From: Patescibacteria group bacterium | GTDB taxonomy: Bacteria > Patescibacteriota > Microgenomatia > UBA8517 | Direction of reading: 5' to 3' | DNA length: 64,000 bases | Assembly (NCBI GenBank): GCA_041742135.1 | Contig: JBGSJG010000008.1 | Coordinates: 232,964 to 296,963, forward strand | In this document: piece by piece, positions 57,730 to 64,000 of the stretch | Position numbering within the stretch: the stretch's first letter is position 1 | How the letters are laid out: each line of letters starts with the position of its first letter | The notes under the pieces: generated by a model | Database searches by the model: none | What the model was told of the DNA's origin: nothing | What the model saw: the letters and a program-made list of their open reading frames with translations, nothing else | Position numbers and translations under genes: made by a program

Positions 57730-59423
57730 ACTTTAAATTTCCTTAATAATACATCTGGAACTCTTTTAACTTCTATATTATCTGGTAATTTTAAATTTTT
57801 GGAAATAGTTTTTGCATAGATGACAATATAGTCAGCCTCGACGCCCACTTCATTTTCTAGAACTCTCACATAGTCCTGAGTAACGTATTGCTCAGTAACA
57901 TGAGCTATAGTTCTCCCAGCAATTCCGTGTAGCCCATTGTCAGGGTGTAACAATTTAAATCCTTCAACTTTTAGTACTGCTCTAATCAAAGGACCATTGA
58001 ACATCTTGGGGTTGAGAACTGTTAGTTTAAGGTCATTATCTTGAACGAATAAGCTCTCGCCAAGTTCAAAATACTTGAACCCACTGCCACCGTTCCAACG
58101 TGCTGTTTTAGTGATTCCGCTTTTATCTTTACCAAGGACAATTTTTTCTAATCGAGGAGTAATATGTGTCTCTGCGTGTCCACCTATTTCTACCATGACC
58201 CATTTTCTGCCCATTTTATGTGCGACTGCACCAGTTGTTCCAGATCCCGCAAAGCTATCCAATACCCAATCACCCTTTTCTGTCGCTAGGTCAATGATGC
58301 GTCTTAGGAGGGTTTCTGGTTTTTTACCTCTCCTGAAGTCTACCGATCCTTCGTTGGCCAAATCAGCTTTGGGAATCTCAGCATGACCCCAGAAATCAGT
58401 CATTTTGTTTTCTTTGACAATACCTTCTTCAGTTTTAGAAGCAGAATCTTTTAACCAAGCAAATAGCTCTTTATTTAAGTAGTAATTTGTAACTTCTTGA
58501 CCCTTATATCTGCCTCTACTCGGGATATAATCTACCGAATACAAATTTTTATCCATTCTCGAAATTAATTCGTGTTGAAATGAATTTTCTTTTTGAGGGT
58601 TGGTTGTTCTGAAGATGTTCTCGAAATTATTCTTATACTGTTCTCTAATTTCTTCTTCTCTGTCAGCAAAACTCCTTAGAGAAATGGATTCAATATCATA
58701 ATCTGAGTGTTTATAAATTTTCACCATTTCGCCGTTGGATTTCGAAGCAAACTCTCCAATTAGTTTTTTAGAACCCTTATTCTTGAGGATATATCGATAT
58801 CGTTGCATCACCTTTTTTTCCAATGGATATCTGCTAAGAGCTTGTGCTAAGTCAATTGAAGCTATATCTTTTGCAAATACCAAAACATACTCATGAGTGT
58901 TTACAAGAAACTTTCCACCCTGACCAATACCAGCACTACCTGATCTTTCATATGCTATCTGTGCCAAGAAGTTTTTTCTACCAAAAACTTCATCTAAAAT
59001 CATTCTGCAGTAATGTACTTCTGTATCGTCTAAGTGAATCCAGATAGTCCCATCTTTTTTAAGTAGTTTATGCAAGAGCGTAAGTCTATCTCGCATCATT
59101 GTCAGCCAGATTGAGTGCTCTAATCCATCATCGTAATGATCGAAGGCTTGTCCTGTGTTAAATGGAGGATCTATATAAACTAGCTTTATCTTGTTTCTAA
59201 AATCTTGAAGTAGTGCTTTGAGAGCAAGCAGGTTATCTCCCTTAACTAACATATTTTCAGAGTTTTTTTCACCAAATGATGATTTTTCAAGGAAAATACG
59301 AGGCTCTGATACTCTCGGATCTTTTTTGTCTACCCAAACGTATGTCTTTTCATTCAAGTCATAAAAGAGACTCTTGTCTTTGTTAAACCAGGTTAGTTCT
59401 AATTTTGTATCGTTTTTAGCCAT
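57726..59423 (-). CDS. mod: Type III R-M Mod subunit (N6-adenine methyltransferase)
   Basis: GDNLLAL, IYIDPPFNTG-type motif, KPE.LL.RII and DSFAGSGTT. ATGA overlap with res. Confidence 0.93.
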   Translation of the reverse strand: MAKNDTKLELTWFNKDKSLFYDLNEKTYVWVDKKDPRVSEPRIFLEKSSFGEKNSENMLVKGDNLLALKALLQDFRNKIKLVYIDPPFNTGQAFDHYDDGLEHSIWLTMMRDRLTLLHKLLKKDGTIWIHLDDTEVHYCRMILDEVFGRKNFLAQIAYERSGSAGIGQGGKFLVNTHEYVLVFAKDIASIDLAQALSRYPLEKKVMQRYRYILKNKGSKKLIGEFASKSNGEMVKIYKHSDYDIESISLRSFADREEEIREQYKNNFENIFRTTNPQKENSFQHELISRMDKNLYSVDYIPSRGRYKGQEVTNYYLNKELFAWLKDSASKTEEGIVKENKMTDFWGHAEIPKADLANEGSVDFRRGKKPETLLRRIIDLATEKGDWVLDSFAGSGTTGAVAHKMGRKWVMVEIGGHAETHITPRLEKIVLGKDKSGITKTARWNGGSGFKYFELGESLFVQDNDLKLTVLNPKMFNGPLIRAVLKVEGFKLLHPDNGLHGIAGRTIAHVTEQYVTQDYVRVLENEVGVEADYIVIYAKTISKNLKLPDNIEVKRVPDVLLRKFKV

Positions 59424-59430
59424 AATTCTT

Positions 59431-60717
59431 TTATCCCTTATTGTAAACGCTGAATTCACTACCGGATAATACAGGAGTTTTGCCAACGTACATTTTCTTC
59501 ATTTTTTTGTCAGTCAGATTAAAAGCGTGACCATTGCCAATTTTATTATTGGCAAGGGAAAGGGGACTTTTACCGAGATTTACTTGATAAGCAATTGTGT
59601 CCATAAAAGCTACCCTGCCAATCAAGTTGCCTTTTAGCACCTCGAATGCTACAAAATAGTGGTTATTGCCTTGCTTTACTTTTTGAGCAACAAAGCTGTT
59701 GTCTCCCACGCTTACAAAATCCTCGGCATTACCCGTGCCTTCTCTTATAAAATTACGAATAGGCTTTAAATTCCCTGAGAAAACATTTGAAAGAACTCCA
59801 CTTTTGTCTGCACAATAAGTAAAATATTCTAGCGCCACCTTCGCCACAAAGCGGGCAGTATTCACATCTACATCTTGAGACGCAATGAAACTCGACTTAA
59901 TTTGTTTTGGCTGCTCGTCATCATTGACTGTTTCCTTGCTTGATCCTGATTTTAACCCCAAATTCTTTAGTGCAGCTTGCACAATTTCAGATGAATCGTC
60001 TCTATCTCCAATCCAGTCTGCCGATTCAGTTCCTTCTCTAAAACTTCTTATCTTATATTGCAGCTTTTTAATTTTATTTTGGGATTTTATATTAGCCACT
60101 TCCTCTGCGAAGATGAGGGCATGGAGGTTACCTTTTTTTAACAAAAGAATGGGGTCTTTGGTAAAACCGACTTTATCTAATGCACTTTTTACTAATAGCA
60201 ACAGTGGATTGTATTCAATTGTGGTTTCGGGAGAAAAGTGGAATTTTAGGAGGCTTGAATCGTAAAGAATAACTGGACTTTGTTTACCTGTCTTTCTTAT
60301 GAGGAGAAGTCTTGCTATTAAGCCTTCAAAACTTTTTTCTGCAAAGTGTTTTTCAATTGTCTCGCCCAATTTGCTATTACATTGGTCACAAACAACATCC
60401 CCTTGAAAGAATAAATCCGGCTGAAAATTACCCATAAACTGGCTCAAAATGTGAGCCTTTTTCTTGAAAGAGTTTGGTTCTTGGCTACTGCAGTAAATGC
60501 ATTTGGGGGTTTGTCTATTCATATTTATTTTCTTATTGTTCAAGATTGCCTCAATATCTTTCGGATCATAGCGCCTGTCACCACGTTCATTCACTATAAT
60601 TGCTTTCAGCTTGCCTCGTTTATCCCAACGCCTTAACGTTTCCGAATGAACGTTTAGTATTTCGGCCGCCTGCTTGATAGTTAGCAGCTTTGGTAGCTGA
60701 TGTTTTTTCTTCGGCAT
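59431..60717 (-). CDS. MerR/excisionase-type HTH fused to an HNH-like nuclease domain
   Basis: LLTIKQAAEILNVHSETLRRWD...GDRRY, then CIYC...HIL...G...VCDQCN. Confidence 0.8.
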   Translation of the reverse strand: MPKKKHQLPKLLTIKQAAEILNVHSETLRRWDKRGKLKAIIVNERGDRRYDPKDIEAILNNKKINMNRQTPKCIYCSSQEPNSFKKKAHILSQFMGNFQPDLFFQGDVVCDQCNSKLGETIEKHFAEKSFEGLIARLLLIRKTGKQSPVILYDSSLLKFHFSPETTIEYNPLLLLVKSALDKVGFTKDPILLLKKGNLHALIFAEEVANIKSQNKIKKLQYKIRSFREGTESADWIGDRDDSSEIVQAALKNLGLKSGSSKETVNDDEQPKQIKSSFIASQDVDVNTARFVAKVALEYFTYCADKSGVLSNVFSGNLKPIRNFIREGTGNAEDFVSVGDNSFVAQKVKQGNNHYFVAFEVLKGNLIGRVAFMDTIAYQVNLGKSPLSLANNKIGNGHAFNLTDKKMKKMYVGKTPVLSGSEFSVYNKG

Positions 60718-60787
60718 ACCTATACAAAATTATACAAAAATAATGACTGAAATGGTATAGCAATAAGCGAAAGAGTCTTCATAAAAG

Positions 60788-62209
60788 TCATGTTTGGTTG
60801 ACTGATTTGAGTCTTTTCCATATTTCTACCATTGCTAGCGTATCTAGCCTGCAGTACTTGAGTAAATTCTTTCTAACTTGATCTTTTTGTTCTTCTGAAG
60901 CATTCCCATGCACAACCTCCCACCATCGGGTCATAGCTGTTGCCCCTTCGGCAATTTCCATATCATCGTAACTAAGCTCGGGACATAATACTGGTAAAAC
61001 TTTTTTAATAGAGGCACTGCCATGAAAGCGGTAGTCAACATAAAGACCATTTTTAAAAATATCCATTAGATCGAAAACTCGTCCATTAATACCTTCAATC
61101 TCGTTGCTGTAAACTGGTTGTAGAATGGCTAATTCTTCATTCCGCTTACATTCAAAGTGTTTGTTCCAGACGATGACTGAACCACTATCACCAATAACTT
61201 TCATTAGCGCCTCGGTAAACTGAGGGCTAGGTTCATCGACTTCAGTAGTGATAAATTCGTAGTGGCTTAATTGAGTATCCTCTGGCTTTGCCAATACGTG
61301 TAAGGAGAATTGAAAGACGATATGTTGATAGGGTGTGTAGCTGTCATGAATAGGAATAGCAGGCCCAAATGTTTCATAGTCTAAAAAGTAATGAGGGAAG
61401 GTTAGATTTCCCAACTCTCTACTTATTCCCTCTCGGTCGATTATCGCCTGTTGAGTTTTAATTGAACGTAGTTGAAGTATCTGTTTGGGGTTTAAGTCTT
61501 CCGTTTCATCAATATCTACAAGGTTTGAATAGCCTTTTTCTACCAGTTTTTCGTACTGACCTACTTTCCACCATGACAAGTCATAAATTGGGTACTCTCC
61601 TAGATTTGGGTGGCATAGTTGGAGGCAGGAGCAGTCGTTAGGTTTATAGCAGCGATTTTCTGGTGGATTATCTGCTTTTAGAACTTCTAACGCCTCGGAC
61701 CGCAATTTGAAGACTTCATCCTCAAGCTTAGCGATTACGTTTGCCATGTCTTCAACCAAGAAAAACTTTTGTAAGTCGATTTGACCATTTTTTACATAAT
61801 CTCCATTTACATGCACCAGGTATGTTTTATGAACGGGCAGTGTAGCCTTACCAATAAGATGTTGAAACGTCACATCATACTTATTCTGCTTATCAACTTT
61901 AGTACTGCTCTTTATCTCGTATAAGTCATATGTGTTATTAAGTGTGTCATGTACCAAAGCATCAATTCTGGCTTCGTAGTTGCCGTCAGTCAGGACGTAT
62001 TGAAAATCTATAGTGCTTCCAGGGGGATATTCCGCTTCAACTTTGTTTTGTAGAAATTGTTTGGCAAGACGCTCAACTTCATAACCTTGTTTTGCTATTA
62101 ATTGATCATAAGCCGAGAACTTTTTACTCTCCAGTTTGCCATTGACCTCTGCCCACAAGTGCATTGGTGAATCTAGAAATGTAAGGAAGTTGGATTTAGT
62201 TAGTATCAT
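60788..62209 (-). CDS. DUF2779-family protein (PD-(D/E)xK N-terminal domain plus RNase H-like domain)
   Basis: LTKS.F, RIDAL...EIKSST, FLDYET, PYQHIVFQFSLH, SIKKVLP and YCRLDT motifs. Confidence 0.85.
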   Translation of the reverse strand: MILTKSNFLTFLDSPMHLWAEVNGKLESKKFSAYDQLIAKQGYEVERLAKQFLQNKVEAEYPPGSTIDFQYVLTDGNYEARIDALVHDTLNNTYDLYEIKSSTKVDKQNKYDVTFQHLIGKATLPVHKTYLVHVNGDYVKNGQIDLQKFFLVEDMANVIAKLEDEVFKLRSEALEVLKADNPPENRCYKPNDCSCLQLCHPNLGEYPIYDLSWWKVGQYEKLVEKGYSNLVDIDETEDLNPKQILQLRSIKTQQAIIDREGISRELGNLTFPHYFLDYETFGPAIPIHDSYTPYQHIVFQFSLHVLAKPEDTQLSHYEFITTEVDEPSPQFTEALMKVIGDSGSVIVWNKHFECKRNEELAILQPVYSNEIEGINGRVFDLMDIFKNGLYVDYRFHGSASIKKVLPVLCPELSYDDMEIAEGATAMTRWWEVVHGNASEEQKDQVRKNLLKYCRLDTLAMVEIWKRLKSVNQT

Positions 62210-62229
62210 TTACTGTTATTGATTACTTT

Positions 62230-62481
62230 TTAGTCATAGGGATCAAGTCCAAAATTCTTTTTAGCTCGTTCCTCATTTGCCTTGTTCACTTCTGCAATTT
62301 CATTTCGGTTTCTTCTTTGGATTTCCTCCTCACTTTCCAGCTCCTCAGGGTAAAAGTTTTGTGGCACGCCGTTTTCCATTCTTACCTGAATTTTTTGTTC
62401 CCCGTCTTCTTCCAACTCTTTAAGAACAACTCCCTTGCCCATAACTTTATGCCTAACAACCATTCCTCTCGTAAAATTCAT
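62230..62481 (-). CDS. Small SH3/Tudor-like hypothetical protein
   Basis: F.RG.VVRHK..GKGVV...V......F.PEELE pattern. ATGA-coupled to the HNH gene. Confidence 0.6.
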   Translation of the reverse strand: MNFTRGMVVRHKVMGKGVVLKELEEDGEQKIQVRMENGVPQNFYPEELESEEEIQRRNRNEIAEVNKANEERAKKNFGLDPYD

Positions 62482-63167
62482 GAAGACACCTCCTCTCTCT
62501 CTTGAAGTAAAAATTCATTTAACTTACCTACTGCCATTGAGATGGCCACCTGACTTTGCCTATAAGCCTCCAGTAATCTGTTTGTAACCTCAGCAAAGGC
62601 GTTCCCCTCAGCCCTTGTGTTTGCGTACATATTAACAAAGGTATTTACTCTCCCTACTCCAGCATATGCTTTGTTGATCTCGTCTCTTAAACCATCTGGC
62701 AAGAGCAGAAGCGAGCCTTGAGCTATGGATCGGTTGTATTCGTTATCATGGAGTATACATCCTATTTTGTCCTGCCATTGAGAGCCGCTTGTGAACTGTT
62801 TTACAACCAACTCATTGTGCCCTAATTCTAGAGACATACCCTCTAACGGGCCGACATCAACATCCCTTGGGGCGGAAATAAGTGCTTCTGGATGCTTGGA
62901 GCAAGTCTCCAGCCACTGTTTCTTATGTGCAAGTAATTCTATTTTAGTGAACTTTCTTCCTCTTGGATGAGCATCGTTGTAATGATTTACCTCAGCGTGG
63001 CACTCAAAACATAGTGGTATGGCATTCTCAATATCGTCACTTCCACCATCAGCCTTATGTTCAACGTGATGAAGTTCCATTTTAACGCCACAAAATCTGT
63101 GACACACGCAGCATCTCCTGTGGCAATGAGCTAGTAGTTTTGAAACTTTATTTTTATCAAAAGCCAT
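62478..63167 (-). CDS. HNH endonuclease
   Basis: RCCVC...ELHH...GGSD..EN.IPLCFECHAEV motif. Confidence 0.88.
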   Translation of the reverse strand: MAFDKNKVSKLLAHCHRRCCVCHRFCGVKMELHHVEHKADGGSDDIENAIPLCFECHAEVNHYNDAHPRGRKFTKIELLAHKKQWLETCSKHPEALISAPRDVDVGPLEGMSLELGHNELVVKQFTSGSQWQDKIGCILHDNEYNRSIAQGSLLLLPDGLRDEINKAYAGVGRVNTFVNMYANTRAEGNAFAEVTNRLLEAYRQSQVAISMAVGKLNEFLLQEREEVSS

Positions 63168-63257
63168 ATTATTTATTAGTTGCCCATTAGTTCTTCGGCA
63201 TACCTCTATTTAATTATACAAAAATAAAGCCTAAATTGGTATACTTGCAGCACAACC

Positions 63258-64000
63258 ATGAGTGCAAAAAAAACGAATAACCATTTACCATCGCATAGTG
63301 ACAACGACTTTACAGATAAGGAGTCAGTAAGTCTTATTGAAAATATTTTAGCTCGCCACAAACGAGTAATGCCGAAGCTGTATTCGAGCGACAAATGGCC
63401 TAATATTGATGGTCATATTGAAGTCCAAGATATTAGTAATGTATTAATGGGGCGTTCATACGTGCAAGTAAAAACTTTTCCTGCCAACCATAATTTGAAA
63501 TTTGCATGCCCTGTATCTTTTCTCACAAGTTGTGAGCTAGACCCTTGTTTTTTGTTTGGTGTTGATAATCAAAATGGGAGGGTTTATTGGCTTTATTTCG
63601 ATGCTCAGGTTATAAAAGAAATTGATTTCGAAAACAATACATCCACAAAAACAATTGAATTTATTCAATCACAATACTTCGATAAGGATAAGGTTGATTA
63701 TGTTGAGGAGTGGGAAAAAATCATCAGAGATAACCAGCAAAAATTTAAGCAGTATAACGAGCTAAAAGAATCGTACGAGCTTATTCTCAGTAGTTCCAAT
63801 AGAGCCATAGGGAAAACTGATAAAAATTTTTCTAAAATTCATTTATTTCTTGATGAGTTGAACAGCGGACTCGATCACCAGTTTCGAATAGTAAAAGATA
63901 TTTTTTATCCACGAACTTGGAAAATAGGACTTGCGTACTATGACTATGAAGACACAAAGGTTGCCTACACTCCGTTTCCCATCCCAATTGATCAGAATGA
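63258..64000 (+). CDS. DUF4365-like PD-(D/E)xK nuclease, 3'-partial (not in the ORF track)
   Basis: Manual translation gives MSAKKTNN...DKWPNIDGHIEV...YVQVKT...VD....VYW, open to the window end. Confidence 0.75.
   Translation, partial: MSAKKTNNHLPSHSDNDFTDKESVSLIENILARHKRVMPKLYSSDKWPNIDGHIEVQDISNVLMGRSYVQVKTFPANHNLKFACPVSFLTSCELDPCFLFGVDNQNGRVYWLYFDAQVIKEIDFENNTSTKTIEFIQSQYFDKDKVDYVEEWEKIIRDNQQKFKQYNELKESYELILSSSNRAIGKTDKNFSKIHLFLDELNSGLDHQFRIVKDIFYPRTWKIGLAYYDYEDTKVAYTPFPIPIDQN

Larger units (their letters stand above)
19901..64000 (-). mobile_element. Podovirus-like prophage with large cargo regions. Structural core is 20520-52904 and the right end is probably outside the window.
   Basis: Co-oriented lysis, ejection, tail, capsid, scaffold and portal genes. 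No tape-measure or tail-tube gene recognised. Inclusion of 53-64 kb is inferred. Confidence 0.75.

Noticed and set aside
60788-62209. Cas4-like nuclease domain suggesting CRISPR-Cas
   Set aside because: No repeat-spacer array or other cas genes were seen in the window. The architecture fits DUF2779.
1-64000. Alternative genetic code (TGA recoding as in some CPR lineages and phages)
   Set aside because: Long genes are intact under code 11, and TGA, TAA and TAG all end recognisable genes at the expected positions.

Overview
The window looks like DNA from a small-genome bacterium. Protein styles and gene density suggest CPR/Patescibacteria, probably Microgenomates-like (inference), and it uses the standard genetic code. 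It has four zones. (1) About 1.1-12.5 kb: an AT-rich mosaic island at the 3' side of tRNA-His, with 5'-truncated gene fragments, two copies of an 81-bp putative recombinase-tail/att scar, a TyrRS, Nudix genes and a radical SAM-DegT aminotransferase-kinase-kinase-PHP operon. (2) 12.7-19.9 kb: ordinary host genes (pyrD, GT-C-like membrane protein, P-type ATPase). (3) From a tRNA-Gly-like att remnant at 19901: a podovirus-like prophage on the minus strand (lysis, polyvalent ejection protein, tail, KhpA-like KH protein, capsid, scaffold, portal). Its head operon is split by a 12-kb cargo cluster with folE/queD/queE/queC plus polyamine, sugar, carbamoyl, kinase and KsgA-like genes, and no DpdA/TGT. 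Both structural blocks begin with the same conserved leader hairpin motif. (4) 53-64 kb: a defence-type island (type III R-M, HTH-HNH, DUF2779, HNH, DUF4365). The best candidate for an undescribed system is the DpdA-less deazapurine tailoring cluster. All family calls come from motif recognition by eye, not database searches.
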